A stretch of DNA of 63,749 nucleotides, counting the filler, from Myxococcota bacterium (lineage in GTDB: Bacteria; Myxococcota_C; UBA6777), in NCBI GenBank assembly GCA_023150835.1. It is 3 parts of 3 records of this genome, joined end to end, with 100 filler letters (N's around TTAATTAATTAA, not from the genome) between each part and the next. Parts side by side here need not be neighbours in the genome. Positions count along the whole stretch, not along the records: positions 1 to 28,955 come from JAKLKB010000085.1; 2 more parts are not named here. One strand, given 5' to 3'. The notes beneath the pieces were generated by a model. The model was not told the origin of the DNA. It ran no database searches and saw nothing but the letters and a program-made list of their open reading frames with translations. Positions 1 to 10,317 of this stretch are shown here, one piece after another. The translations under genes and the position numbers were made by a program. How positions within the stretch are numbered: the first letter of the stretch is position 1; every line of letters starts with the position of its first letter.

Positions 1-2
1 CC

Positions 3-398
3 CCCAATACCAACACCCCCTCCAACACCGCAAACCAATCCACCCGAACTTCAGCCCAAACCACAACCAACTCCGGCGGAGCAAGCCTCGCTCCCCCCCC
101 ACGTCCCAAGCCTCGCATCCGACGCACCAAACCTCGAACAGCCTCCTCTGCATGGGGCGGAATGCCCACCTCAACCTTGACGATCAGCACCAATCCCCCC
201 GGAGCCACCGTCCTCGTCGATGGCCGACCCTATCGCGGAAAAACGCCCTTGCGCATCGTCCTACTCAAAGGCAAACCCGCTGAGATCCGACTCCAATTGT
301 ACGGACACAACGACGCCTACTTCACATGGTCCGCCGAGCAAGACGAATCCAAAGACAATATCAAACTCTACCGCCTCAGTTGGTTCACACCGCGCTGA
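3..398 (+). CDS. 3' end of a PEGA-domain protein (5' truncated by the window edge)
   Basis: Frame is open from base 3. A Pro/Thr linker is followed by LTISTNPPGATVLVDG..GKTPL, the PEGA signature. Confidence 0.75.
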   Translation, partial: PNTNTPSNTANQSTRTSAQTTTNSGGASLAPPPRPKPRIRRTKPRTASSAWGGMPTSTLTISTNPPGATVLVDGRPYRGKTPLRIVLLKGKPAEIRLQLYGHNDAYFTWSAEQDESKDNIKLYRLSWFTPR

Positions 399-415
399 AC
401 CCTCGGGAGCCCGCC

Positions 416-3130
416 TTGAACAACCCATCCTCCTCCACCCTCGGACGCTTGCTCAAAGACACCTACCGCATCGACGACTACCTCGGCGAAGGCGGCCCCT
501 CCGTCGTCTACAAAGGAACCGATATCCTTCTGGATGTACCTGTCGCCATCAAACGCCTCAAAGCGGGCCTTCCTCTGCGTTCTGGACACACGACCGCCCA
601 ACGCTTCCTCCGCGAAGCCCGCACACAAGCACGACTCCACCACCAACATATCGTCGGCATCCGCGCCATGCACGAAGAAGGCGAAGACACCTTCATCGTC
701 ATGGAATTTGTTCAAGGTGTCGATCTCCACGAATACATCGGCTGTTTCCCCCAGTTTCAGTTGCCCCTCAACGAAGCCCTTTTCATCTTCGAACACGCGC
801 TCGAAGGACTCGGTTTTGCCCACAAACACGGCGTGATCCACCGCGATATCAAACCTTCCAATATCCTCCTTGGCGAAGGTCTCGTCGTCAAACTCGCCGA
901 CTTTGGGATCGCTCGCGCTCTCGATGACCAAAAACTCACCCAAACGGGTTCCCTCCTTGGAACCCTACTCTATATCTCTCCCGAACAGCTTCGCGGTGAG
1001 ATCCCCGATCCTCGGGCGGATATCTATAGCATGGGTATCAGCCTTTATGAAGCGCTCGTCGGACACACCCCGTTTGCCCGTCACTCCGACGAGATCCACA
1101 ACGGCTACGAGCTGCTCTCCCGCCACCTCTTCACCCCCCCCGACCCCCCCTCTGCCTTTCGGCCCGATATCCCCGAAGCCCTCAACCAAGTCATCCTCCA
1201 AAGCATCGCCAAAAAACCAGACGACCGCTTCCCCGATTGCCATCACTTCGCCCAAGCCCTTCGTTCTGCACTTCTTCCCCACATCACCCCCCTCAAACAG
1301 TGGTCCCATCCCCTCCAACGCACCGTCGTCTCGCCGCCGCCTGCTTCAATCCCTGTCAAACCCCCGCTCTATCCAGACCCGCTCGCCTCTTCCGCTCCAT
1401 CACGAGGCACACAATCTTCCGCTCCATCACGAGGCACACAAACAGCCCATCCATCGGCACCGTTGCCCTCTCCCCATCTTCCACCCGATGTTGCAACACC
1501 CCCACCCGCCCAAACCGCATCCTCTCCCCACCTTACGCCCTCTCATGCCCTCAACACCCTCGATCCATTCTCCTTCGCCCTCTCGAACGCCCCCTCCGCA
1601 CAACGGCGCACACAAACAGCCCCCACCCTTTCGCCTCTCACGACCTCTCCACCACTCTCCATCTCTCCCGCTCCACCCACCGACGACGCCGATATCGCAT
1701 CGGCCTTTCCCTCCGGCGATGACTTCCACAGCCCACCTCTCCAAAACCCTGCCCCTTCGTCTGATCCCGAGATGCAAACCCTCCTCGACGATCAACTCTC
1801 CGCAGACCAGATCCGACAACATCACGCGCTCTACGCCGCCTCGATGAACCCCGACGCCTCCACCTCTTCGAGAAACTCCGAAACCTCTAACGCTCGCCCA
1901 CGTTCTCTCTCCAATCGCTTTGATCACGCCTCTGCCCTCTCGACCTCCGAGATGCAGGATATCGCCCTGTCCCTGTCTGAAACGATACCCTCGCTTGCCG
2001 ATCAAGCCCGCACCATCGACTCGAACGTACACGCACGCTCAAATCGTCGCTTCTTTGGGCGGCTCCTGCCGTTGTTCTTTCTGCTGCTCGGTGGGGCGAC
2101 ATTCGCTTGGTGGTACACCCAAACCTCCCCAACCACCGGACCCTCTCCTCATCCGCCCCTCCTCTCGTCCCCTCCCCACAACCCCACAACCCCTTCCGAC
2201 ACCACCCCATCACAACCCGCCATCACACCGCAGACAACACCACTGCCGAACACACCCTCACAAGCCCCCACACCACCCTCGTCTCACACAGTTCCGCCAC
2301 ACCGCACAGGCCCGCAAACTCCCGCAGTTCCGCCCAAATCCAACGTGATCCGAGGGATGCTCTGGGTCCCAAGCGGATGGTTTTGGCAAGGCAAAGAACA
2401 GCGTGTCGCGATTTATCGAAAACGCCCAAACAACGGGACGCTTCATCATCCGCTGCGCAAGGTCTACATCAGCGGTTTTTGGATCGACGCAGCCGAAGTC
2501 ACCGTTGGCGCATACCGCGCTTGTGTGGACGCCAACCAATGCCCCGATATCGAAGTCGCTTTTTCTTCTACTGGAAAAAAACTGGCCACCAAACGCTCGA
2601 TCGCCCAGAGCTTTCCTCCCGCAGAACCCATGCGCTTCGTCGATTGGAAAGAAGCGTTCACCTTCTGCCGATGGCAACAAAAACGCCTACCCACCGAGGC
2701 CGAATGGGAATATGCAGCACGCGGAAGTGTCGAACAGGCCGACCCCAAGCAACGCTTCTCTTGGAGAGGAACGGCGCTGACCTGCCAACACGCCGTCCAC
2801 AAAGGCTGCGCCAAGCAACCTCTTCCAAACCCAAACGCCGCGCAGCGCTCGCTCGGAAAAAGTCCCTTTGGTGCGGTCGATCTGCTCGGAAACGTCTGGG
2901 AATGGGTACAAGATTGCTACAGCCCCGATGCAGCGCGTTATACGCCTCCCACCAATCCCGTTTACGATCTCCCCGATTGCAAACGCCGCATACTACGAGG
3001 CGGTAGCTTTCTCTCCAACAAACGCCAACACGAGCTGACCGTCTACCACAGACGCCATTCCAGCCCCACCGCCCGACGTGATGAAAACGGGTTCCGATGC
3101 GCCTTTCGCCCCACAGGTCACCAGCCCTAA
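416..3130 (+). CDS. Ser/Thr protein kinase with a TM helix and C-terminal formylglycine-generating enzyme (SUMF1/FGE-sulfatase) domain
   Basis: Kinase motifs VAIK, HRDIKPSN, DFG and SPE; Pro/Ser linker; TM LLPLFFLLLGGATFAWW; FGE motifs RLPTEAEWEYAARG, GNVWEW, RGGS and GFRC. Start reassigned to TTG 416 after GGGAG. Confidence 0.9.
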   Translation: MNNPSSSTLGRLLKDTYRIDDYLGEGGPSVVYKGTDILLDVPVAIKRLKAGLPLRSGHTTAQRFLREARTQARLHHQHIVGIRAMHEEGEDTFIVMEFVQGVDLHEYIGCFPQFQLPLNEALFIFEHALEGLGFAHKHGVIHRDIKPSNILLGEGLVVKLADFGIARALDDQKLTQTGSLLGTLLYISPEQLRGEIPDPRADIYSMGISLYEALVGHTPFARHSDEIHNGYELLSRHLFTPPDPPSAFRPDIPEALNQVILQSIAKKPDDRFPDCHHFAQALRSALLPHITPLKQWSHPLQRTVVSPPPASIPVKPPLYPDPLASSAPSRGTQSSAPSRGTQTAHPSAPLPSPHLPPDVATPPPAQTASSPHLTPSHALNTLDPFSFALSNAPSAQRRTQTAPTLSPLTTSPPLSISPAPPTDDADIASAFPSGDDFHSPPLQNPAPSSDPEMQTLLDDQLSADQIRQHHALYAASMNPDASTSSRNSETSNARPRSLSNRFDHASALSTSEMQDIALSLSETIPSLADQARTIDSNVHARSNRRFFGRLLPLFFLLLGGATFAWWYTQTSPTTGPSPHPPLLSSPPHNPTTPSDTTPSQPAITPQTTPLPNTPSQAPTPPSSHTVPPHRTGPQTPAVPPKSNVIRGMLWVPSGWFWQGKEQRVAIYRKRPNNGTLHHPLRKVYISGFWIDAAEVTVGAYRACVDANQCPDIEVAFSSTGKKLATKRSIAQSFPPAEPMRFVDWKEAFTFCRWQQKRLPTEAEWEYAARGSVEQADPKQRFSWRGTALTCQHAVHKGCAKQPLPNPNAAQRSLGKSPFGAVDLLGNVWEWVQDCYSPDAARYTPPTNPVYDLPDCKRRILRGGSFLSNKRQHELTVYHRRHSSPTARRDENGFRCAFRPTGHQP

Positions 3131-3153
3131 CCACAAAAAGAGAAAGGCCCATC

Positions 3154-3822
3154 ATGACCCCCACCCCCATCTTGTTGCTCGGCTTTGAGCCTTTTGGTGG
3201 CGACACGCTCAATCCCGCCCAAGAACTCTTAACGTCCTGTGATCCCCAGATCTTTCCAAGCCAAACGCACATCGCCATCCTCCCCGTAGACCACCAACAC
3301 GTCGCACAAGCCCTCCCCCGCTTGCTCGAAACTCATCAACCCCAGTTGGTGATCGGATGGGGCCTTGCTGCGGGCGAAGCCAGCTTACGCCTCGAACGTG
3401 TCGGCCTCAACTGGCTCGACTTTTCTATCCCCGACGCATCAGGCCAACAGATCCGCGATCAACGCCTGTACCCCGAGGCTCCCGATGCTTACATTAGCGA
3501 TCTCCCCCTTCGCACCGCGCAAAACCATCTCGCCAAGCATGGTATACCTTCCGTCCTCTCCTATACTGCGGGCACCTACCTGTGCAATCAGCTTCTCTTC
3601 ACCTGCCTTGATTTCTTCGCACAACGCAACTTCCCACGAAACGCCTGCTTTGTCCATCTTCCCCTTCTTCCCGAGATGATCGTTCCCCGACAAGCTCTCC
3701 GCTCGCCGCTCCCCCCTTCTCTCTCCCTTTCCACCCTTCAAGTCGCGCTGCCCTTGCTTGTCGACGCCCTCTGGAAGGGCATCTGCACGCTTCCACCCAC
3801 CAAGGATCGTTCGGCGGATTAG
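3154..3822 (+). CDS. pcp: pyroglutamyl-peptidase I
   Basis: LLLGFEPFGG..NP, RLER (Glu), AGTYLCN (Cys) and FVHLP (His). ATG 3154 follows GAAAGG. Confidence 0.92.
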   Translation: MTPTPILLLGFEPFGGDTLNPAQELLTSCDPQIFPSQTHIAILPVDHQHVAQALPRLLETHQPQLVIGWGLAAGEASLRLERVGLNWLDFSIPDASGQQIRDQRLYPEAPDAYISDLPLRTAQNHLAKHGIPSVLSYTAGTYLCNQLLFTCLDFFAQRNFPRNACFVHLPLLPEMIVPRQALRSPLPPSLSLSTLQVALPLLVDALWKGICTLPPTKDRSAD

Positions 3823-6800
3823 TTGCAAGTCGTCGGAAGCTCCGAGAGTATGGGAACAGGAGAGAATCCACCCAATTCTTTTCCAAACAACAGCCGCTTG
3901 TTGTTGGTGTCTTTGCCGATGCGGATCTCGATCTTGCCTGAGCTACCGCTTCCACCGATGGACTTTCCGGCCACTTTTCGCGTGCCTTGTTCCAACACAG
4001 ACGAACGACCGCCTTCTCCGCCCGCCGCTGAAATCGCCGTTTGCTCGTAAAGAACAACCCGCTCCGCAACGACGTACATCGATCCTCCCGAACCACCGCC
4101 TCCTCCGCCGACAGATCCGCCTGCACTTGCGGCGTCCCCACCCGCAAGACCACGCGCAGAAAATCCACCGTTGAGATTCAACGTGCGCGCCCAAAGCAAG
4201 ACGATCCCGCCCCCTGCACCGCCCGCACCTACGGCATCGTTTTTGTTTCCCGCAGAGCTATTGTCGATGCCGCCTGCTCCGCCACCGCTGCCCAACACAA
4301 GGCGATCTTCGAGCGTTCCGCCGTAGGTTTTTCCACCTGTTCCAGCCGCTTGCCCGTCGCTGTCTTTTCCAGCCCCCCCCGCTTCCACATAACCGCCGCC
4401 ACCGCCGCTTGCCGCCTTGCTGCCAGCGCCTCCAGCGCTGCCTCCGCCTTCTTGGCTTGGCAAAGCATCCAACGACTCGCCCGCTGTTCCGGGCTGTGTC
4501 GTGCCGCTAACCGATGGCGCACCACGATAACCTTTACCGTCGACATGAAGGCGCCCGCCGTTGGCAACGCGCACATACTCTTTGACTTGCATCACCAACA
4601 AACCACCTTGGTTTCCGTCCCACGCAGACACCGTCAGCTCGCCTTGGCCGTCGATGATCACACGCTCAAAGGTGGGAACCCGCACCAGTCGGACTTTTTG
4701 ACCGCTCAGATCGCCGTTGGTGGTGGCCCCGTAGATCTTTTCAACCGCCGCTTGGAGCTTGATATCTTTGCCTGTTTTCTCTAACACCCGCACCAACTCG
4801 TAGACCCCAACACGGTCTTTGCTGCCTTGCATCTGGATCAAGACCGCTGCATCGCCGGGATCAAAGCCTGCGGCATCGCTCACTGTCACAGTTTTCGCGC
4901 CATCCTTGAACGCTTCCACAGCAGCCCAGTAGATCTCGGGCAGAGAAGAATTCTTACGTGGCGCTTTGTCCAAAACGATGGTGTTGCGCACCAAGAACTC
5001 ACCCGCCGTCCCGCCACCCCAACAGCTACAGTTGGCTTCCTTCGCATCAGGAATGCCGTTGCAGTCGTCATCCAAAAGGTTTCCACAACGCTCAGGCAAC
5101 GGCTTGACCTGCTCTTTGCAGGCTCCCCATTGGCCATTTTCACAAGTCTGCACGCCATCTTTGCAAGCCCCCACACTGCGCGTATTTGCGGGGCCATCAT
5201 AACAAGGCCGTGACAACGCCTTGCCGTCTTTGCCGATATCGACCTTCCCATCGCAATCATTGTCGAGGCCGTCACAGCGCGTCTCTGCAACTTCGTAATT
5301 GTTGTTCTTGCGGTAATAATCCCCTGCCGTACAAGCCACAAATCCCGCCTTGCCCGCACAAAGCTGTGAGGCTCCTTTGCAGACGCCGTCTTGTTTCGGA
5401 CACAGCGGTGCATTCGGGACGTTGTCGATCTTTCCATCGCAATCTTCGTCTGTTCCATCACAGGTTTCGGCTGCGGACTGCACCTTCTTTTGGCACTCAA
5501 GCTGACCGTTTCGACAAGCGATCTCGCCCACAGCACAGGGGCCTTTTTGACCTGTCACCGTACAAGCCCGACCCACACGCGGATCGGTTTCGTCGGTTTG
5601 CCCGTCGCAATCGTCATCTTTTCCATTGCACACTTCGGTTTGTGCGGTCTGGTTGGACACGCACGTCAGCGCACCGTTTTGACACTTTTGCGTTCCCGCT
5701 TGACAAATGCCTTTTTGGGCCGAAACAACGCAAGCCGCGCCACCTTCGGGGTTTCCTTCGTCCACAAAGCCATCGCAGTTGTCATCGATCCCGTTGCATA
5801 GCTCAATAAAGTTGGGCGTCTGCTCACCAATGCACCCACCCCAGATCCCTCCTGCGCCGCACGTCAGTTTGCCGGGGCGACAAGGAGAAACAAAACGTGT
5901 CGCGGTAGGCCCACCATAACAGTCGATTTGCCGCCCATCCATCGGGCAAGTACACCCATCATCGACTAGACCATTGCAATCATCGTCGATGCCGTTTCCA
6001 CCGTTGGCGCAGTTTTCGGCAGGAGCCGCCGAGACGGATTGTTGGCAAACGATCGCACCGTTGACGCAAGCTTTTTTCCCAAAGCGACACGGACCACGCT
6101 GGCCGATCACGTTGCAAGAAGCATCTTTTCCAACAAAGTCCTCATCGACTTGGCCGTCGCAGTCGTCGTCTTGGTTGTTGCACTCTTCGGGCTTTGGAAC
6201 GATCTGACTTTCGCAAGGCCCCCATCGACCGCCCAAAAGGCACACACGCTCGCCCTCTTTGCAAAGCCCTTTTCCTGCCGTGTTTGCGGCCCCTGTGTAG
6301 CAGGTTTCTTTTGCGCCGGGCTTGCACTGACAAGCAGGATCATCGGCGTCGATCTTCCCGTTACAATCGTTGTCTACACCATCTTCACAACGCTCTTGAG
6401 CTTCGGGTTCTTGAAGCTGCGTGCAGACGGCCACGCCATTTTGACAAGCGGTGAAGATCCCCTCTGCACAAGCCCCTTCTTTCCCTGCAACTGTGCAATT
6501 CAGCCCTTTTTTCGGAAACACTTCGTCGATCTGGCCATCGCAGTTGTCATCTTTTCCGTTGCAGATCTCTTCAGTGGGAGTGGCTTTGGGCTTGCAACGT
6601 TCGCGTCCATTTTCACAAATCCGCTCGCCGTCTTTGCAACCGTCGGTGGGCACGCCTGTATCGCAAGCTCCAAGCGCCGACAAACCATCATCGATCTGGC
6701 CGTTGCAATCGTCGTCTTGGCCGTTGCATTGTTCGCGTGGGGCCGCCAACACCGAGCCAACACACGCTCCCCAAGCACCGCCGCCTTTGCTCTCTGCTAC

Positions 6801-8051
6801 GTCGCTAAACTCGCAAACTTCGGCCCCTTGCAAACAGATCCCTTTGCCGGCTTGTTCGGCAGGCCCGCTATAACACGCTCTGCGCTGCCCAACGATGCAA
6901 CAATTGGCCAAGCCTTCATCGGTTTGACCGTCGCAGTTGTCGTCGATGCCGTTGCAGATCTCCTGTGTTTGGGGCTTTACAGCCTCCCGACAAGTTCCCC
7001 ACTTGAAAGCTCCCTTGCCATCGTCTGCACACACTTGATGCCCCTCGCGGCAGATGCCTTTTCCAGCCGTACCAGCGGGTCCATCATAACACGGACGGCG
7101 CACATCTTTGTGATGGCAATCGTCTGCTCCGCAACCCTCGTCGACTTGGCCATCGCAGTTGTCGTCCTTGGTGTTTCCGCACACTTCACGCGAGCAGATC
7201 TCGCAACTGTTGGCGACGGTCGAAAACGTGATGGCTTTGTTTTCTTCGGTCATCTTGGGCTGTAGCTTAAAAAAGAACCAACACGGCTCTGTTTGACCAA
7301 GGTCTTTTTGAAAGCAGTTGTATTCCGTCTTTTTCTTGCCGTCGGCCTCTTTCACCTGAAATCGCGTAGTGACCGACAAGATCGAACAAGCCGACTTGTG
7401 GCTTTCTTCCAACGCAGCATCTTTCGCACTTCCTAGAATATCGGGTCGAATCATCACCATCACCAAGCTCAGGCTGCTTTTCTCTAGCTTGGGTGGCGAG
7501 ACCGCCAAACGCAGACTTTCGGTGTATTGCTTGAGGCCTTCGCTCCAATACAAAACGTTTCCGTCTTCTTTGAGGCGGATCGCCACGACGTGCTTTCCGA
7601 TCTTGCCATCAACCCCATCATCCGGCCAACTCAACACCCAACAGCCTCGACTTTCCCCACCCGAAAATAGCGATGTGTACGGAGAACGCTTGCAAGAAGG
7701 ATCTTCGGGTTGGCTTTTGCACAAGGCTTGACGGGCGGCGATCTCTGTACAACGCTGGCGCGCAGCGTCTTGGCTGGCCCCCTGTGCGGGTTCCACCAAC
7801 AAACGCTGGCATTGCTCGACGGTGTACGAAAGACGCGGATCATCGTACGGCGACGGCTGCTCATACGCCGCAGCACCGCGCACTTGAACGATCGGACACG
7901 GTGACGGAAACTCCACTCCCACCGGACCGCACGCCCCACCCAACCACCACAAACCCATCATCCCACAAACCAACCACCCCAAACGCCCCGTCACGCCACG
8001 TCCATGCCCGCGATTCGGTTCTTGGGTTCTTCCACATCCTTGCAAAAACAT
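3819..8051 (-). CDS. large Cys-rich surface (lipo)protein with 12 MopE-like putative metal-binding repeats and a C-terminal Gly-rich domain
   Basis: About 12 CxGxD(D/N)xC(D/N)GxxD motifs, LWWLGGAC lipobox-like signal and a Gly-rich C-terminal region. GAGGAG lies upstream of ATG 8051. The ORF-track extension to 8672 is the antisense of the lnt repeats. Confidence 0.85.
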   Translation of the reverse strand: MFLQGCGRTQEPNRGHGRGVTGRLGWLVCGMMGLWWLGGACGPVGVEFPSPCPIVQVRGAAAYEQPSPYDDPRLSYTVEQCQRLLVEPAQGASQDAARQRCTEIAARQALCKSQPEDPSCKRSPYTSLFSGGESRGCWVLSWPDDGVDGKIGKHVVAIRLKEDGNVLYWSEGLKQYTESLRLAVSPPKLEKSSLSLVMVMIRPDILGSAKDAALEESHKSACSILSVTTRFQVKEADGKKKTEYNCFQKDLGQTEPCWFFFKLQPKMTEENKAITFSTVANSCEICSREVCGNTKDDNCDGQVDEGCGADDCHHKDVRRPCYDGPAGTAGKGICREGHQVCADDGKGAFKWGTCREAVKPQTQEICNGIDDNCDGQTDEGLANCCIVGQRRACYSGPAEQAGKGICLQGAEVCEFSDVAESKGGGAWGACVGSVLAAPREQCNGQDDDCNGQIDDGLSALGACDTGVPTDGCKDGERICENGRERCKPKATPTEEICNGKDDNCDGQIDEVFPKKGLNCTVAGKEGACAEGIFTACQNGVAVCTQLQEPEAQERCEDGVDNDCNGKIDADDPACQCKPGAKETCYTGAANTAGKGLCKEGERVCLLGGRWGPCESQIVPKPEECNNQDDDCDGQVDEDFVGKDASCNVIGQRGPCRFGKKACVNGAIVCQQSVSAAPAENCANGGNGIDDDCNGLVDDGCTCPMDGRQIDCYGGPTATRFVSPCRPGKLTCGAGGIWGGCIGEQTPNFIELCNGIDDNCDGFVDEGNPEGGAACVVSAQKGICQAGTQKCQNGALTCVSNQTAQTEVCNGKDDDCDGQTDETDPRVGRACTVTGQKGPCAVGEIACRNGQLECQKKVQSAAETCDGTDEDCDGKIDNVPNAPLCPKQDGVCKGASQLCAGKAGFVACTAGDYYRKNNNYEVAETRCDGLDNDCDGKVDIGKDGKALSRPCYDGPANTRSVGACKDGVQTCENGQWGACKEQVKPLPERCGNLLDDDCNGIPDAKEANCSCWGGGTAGEFLVRNTIVLDKAPRKNSSLPEIYWAAVEAFKDGAKTVTVSDAAGFDPGDAAVLIQMQGSKDRVGVYELVRVLEKTGKDIKLQAAVEKIYGATTNGDLSGQKVRLVRVPTFERVIIDGQGELTVSAWDGNQGGLLVMQVKEYVRVANGGRLHVDGKGYRGAPSVSGTTQPGTAGESLDALPSQEGGGSAGGAGSKAASGGGGGYVEAGGAGKDSDGQAAGTGGKTYGGTLEDRLVLGSGGGAGGIDNSSAGNKNDAVGAGGAGGGIVLLWARTLNLNGGFSARGLAGGDAASAGGSVGGGGGGSGGSMYVVAERVVLYEQTAISAAGGEGGRSSVLEQGTRKVAGKSIGGSGSSGKIEIRIGKDTNNKRLLFGKELGGFSPVPILSELPTTCN

Positions 8052-8334
8052 CCACAACGCTCCTCGCAAAAGGCACAACCCTTCGCTTTGATGCTCACTT
8101 TTCGCGATCCAACACAGCCCCACATCTGAGCAAAAAATACAACACAAACAACGCCCATACTCGGATGCTTGACGATCGCACAGCCACACGACCATGCCAC
8201 AACGTCGCCGATCGATCAAGATTGACCTCGAAGTGACGCGACTGAACTTGTTTTTGTGGGGCGTTGCGGTCTTTCGTGGATGTGCTACAACTCTCGCCCG
8301 AACCCCTCTCCCACCGAGCAAAAGGACCGCAAGC

Positions 8335-10278
8335 ATGGCCAAAAAGGACAACAAGTCTCGAAAAACAGTACCCCCTCCCCTCAAGCCCGCCTCCAAGCAA
8401 CCCGTTTCTCCCGCACATCGCTCTACTTCGTCCAAAAAGCCCACACCCTCGCCACAACAACACACATCCTCCAAAAAGCCCACACCACCGCCACAACAAC
8501 AAGCAACGTCTGAAAAACCCACACCACCGCCACAAAAACAAGCAACGTCTGAAAAACCCACACCACCACCACAAAAACAAGCAACGTCTGAAAAACCCAC
8601 ACCACCACCACAAAAACAAGCAACGTCTGAAAAGCCCACACTCTCAAACCAACGTCCATCCGCGCCGCCCAAACCAAGCCATGCTTCGGGATTTTGGTCG
8701 GCTTATGGAGATCGTGGGCTGTTTTCTTGGCGTATCGGGGCTGTGTTGTTGACGTCGATCAGCCAACCGTTGCTCTCGGCTCCGTTTAACTGGTGGCCTT
8801 GGCATTGGGTCGCGTGGCTGCCCTTCCTTTGGGCAGTTCATCAGCAGGGTGGGAAAGGCCGCTGGTTCCTCGGTTATCTTGGCGGTACAGCCTCGAACTT
8901 TATGATCTTTTACTGGGTGATCCAAGCCCAAGTCGAATTCGGCAAGATCAAATATCCTGTGGCCGTTGGCTTAAATTGGCTGCTTTGTTCGAGTCTGAGT
9001 TTTATCTGGATCTTTCTTGCTTGGGGGATTCCTTGGCTTTCGCAGCGTTATCCGCGTGTCTGGATCTATCTCGTGCCTGCTTTCTTGGCCTCGATGGAAT
9101 ACCTCTTACCACAGTTGTTCCCGTATATGCAGGGTGTCAGCCATTATCAGGTCACGACGATCTATCAGATCTCTTCGCTTATCGGCATCTACGGTCTCAC
9201 CTTCTTGGTGCTTTGGTGCAATTGCTTGATCTACGACAAGTTCAGACGTTGGCAACAAGAACGCCCGATCTTTGGGTATGATATCGCCTTGTTTGTGATG
9301 ATCTTGCTGAGTGTCCTCGCCTACGGGCGCTTTCGCCAATTCACTTATGATCAAAAAGTCAAAACGGCTCGTCGTCTCAAAGTCGCCATGCTCCAATCCA
9401 GTCTGCTTCCGGGCGATCATTACGACCGCAGAAAAGTCGATCAGCTTTACAAAAAGATGAGCACCCAAGCCGCCTTGCTTGGGGCCGATTGGATCGTCTG
9501 GTCCGAAGGCGAATACAAACAACTCGTCAGCGATGTCTTGATCGATGCCAACGGTGATATCCTCCAAACCAAGCTCAGTGCGGGACTTTCGGACATCCGT
9601 GCGCTCAGCCGCAAGCTCGACCGCCCGATCCTCGTCGGCACTTACGGACGCCTTCACCAAGGCAAAGAAAGCAACTGGACCAACGCCGCCATCCATGTCC
9701 TCCCCAACGGCGATGTCGGCCAACGCTACGACAAGATCCTGCTCGTCCCTTTCGGTGAATACATCCCTTTTGAACGCTGGATCGCGCCGATCATGAAGCG
9801 CATCACCCATTGGCGCTCGCGCTACGCCTTCGGACGAAAACAAGTCGTCCAACCCCTCCAAGGTATCCCCTACAGCTTCTTGATCTGCTACGAAGCCATC
9901 TACCCGACCTTTGTCCGTGAAAGCGTGCGCAAAGGCTCCCGCCTACTGGTCAATATCACCTATGATGCGTGGTTTGGCCGCACCACCGCCCCTTACCAAC
10001 ACATGATGCTGGCGGCCTCTCGCAGTGCAGAACTGGGCGTCCCCCTCGTACGCCTCGCCACCACAGGCGTAAGCACTACGGTGGACGCTCTTGGCCGCAT
10101 GAACAAACTCAGCCCGCTCTACCAGCGACAAGTCGTCCTCCAAGAGATCCCTCTCGTGTATATGCCTTCTCTTTATCTCTGGATCGGTGATATCTTCGTT
10201 TGGTTGTGCATCGCAACCGTCCTCGTTGCCTTGCTACGGGGCCTTCGACGCCCTGCAACAGAACAACCTACCGCCTAA
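8335..10278 (+). CDS. lnt: apolipoprotein N-acyltransferase
   Basis: Multi-TM N-terminal half; nitrilase triad WSEG / YDKILLVPFGEY / ICYE; NITYDAWFG; QH..LA..R..E. Confidence 0.93.
   Translation: MAKKDNKSRKTVPPPLKPASKQPVSPAHRSTSSKKPTPSPQQHTSSKKPTPPPQQQATSEKPTPPPQKQATSEKPTPPPQKQATSEKPTPPPQKQATSEKPTLSNQRPSAPPKPSHASGFWSAYGDRGLFSWRIGAVLLTSISQPLLSAPFNWWPWHWVAWLPFLWAVHQQGGKGRWFLGYLGGTASNFMIFYWVIQAQVEFGKIKYPVAVGLNWLLCSSLSFIWIFLAWGIPWLSQRYPRVWIYLVPAFLASMEYLLPQLFPYMQGVSHYQVTTIYQISSLIGIYGLTFLVLWCNCLIYDKFRRWQQERPIFGYDIALFVMILLSVLAYGRFRQFTYDQKVKTARRLKVAMLQSSLLPGDHYDRRKVDQLYKKMSTQAALLGADWIVWSEGEYKQLVSDVLIDANGDILQTKLSAGLSDIRALSRKLDRPILVGTYGRLHQGKESNWTNAAIHVLPNGDVGQRYDKILLVPFGEYIPFERWIAPIMKRITHWRSRYAFGRKQVVQPLQGIPYSFLICYEAIYPTFVRESVRKGSRLLVNITYDAWFGRTTAPYQHMMLAASRSAELGVPLVRLATTGVSTTVDALGRMNKLSPLYQRQVVLQEIPLVYMPSLYLWIGDIFVWLCIATVLVALLRGLRRPATEQPTA
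8428..8640 (+). repeat. in-frame 39-bp tandem repeat (TSEKPTPPPQKQA, ~5.5 units) in the lnt N-terminus
   Basis: Repeated gcaacgtctgaaaaacccacaccaccrccacaaaaacaa. Confidence 0.9.
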
Positions 10279-10317
10279 ATCCCGAGGGCGATCCCCTCCG
10301 CCGATACGAGGCCGCAC

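Noticed and set aside
8052..8672. N-terminal extension of the 1617-aa ORF (GFSDVACFCGGG repeats)
   Set aside because: It is the antisense read of the lnt repeats. The RBS and signal peptide support a start at 8051.
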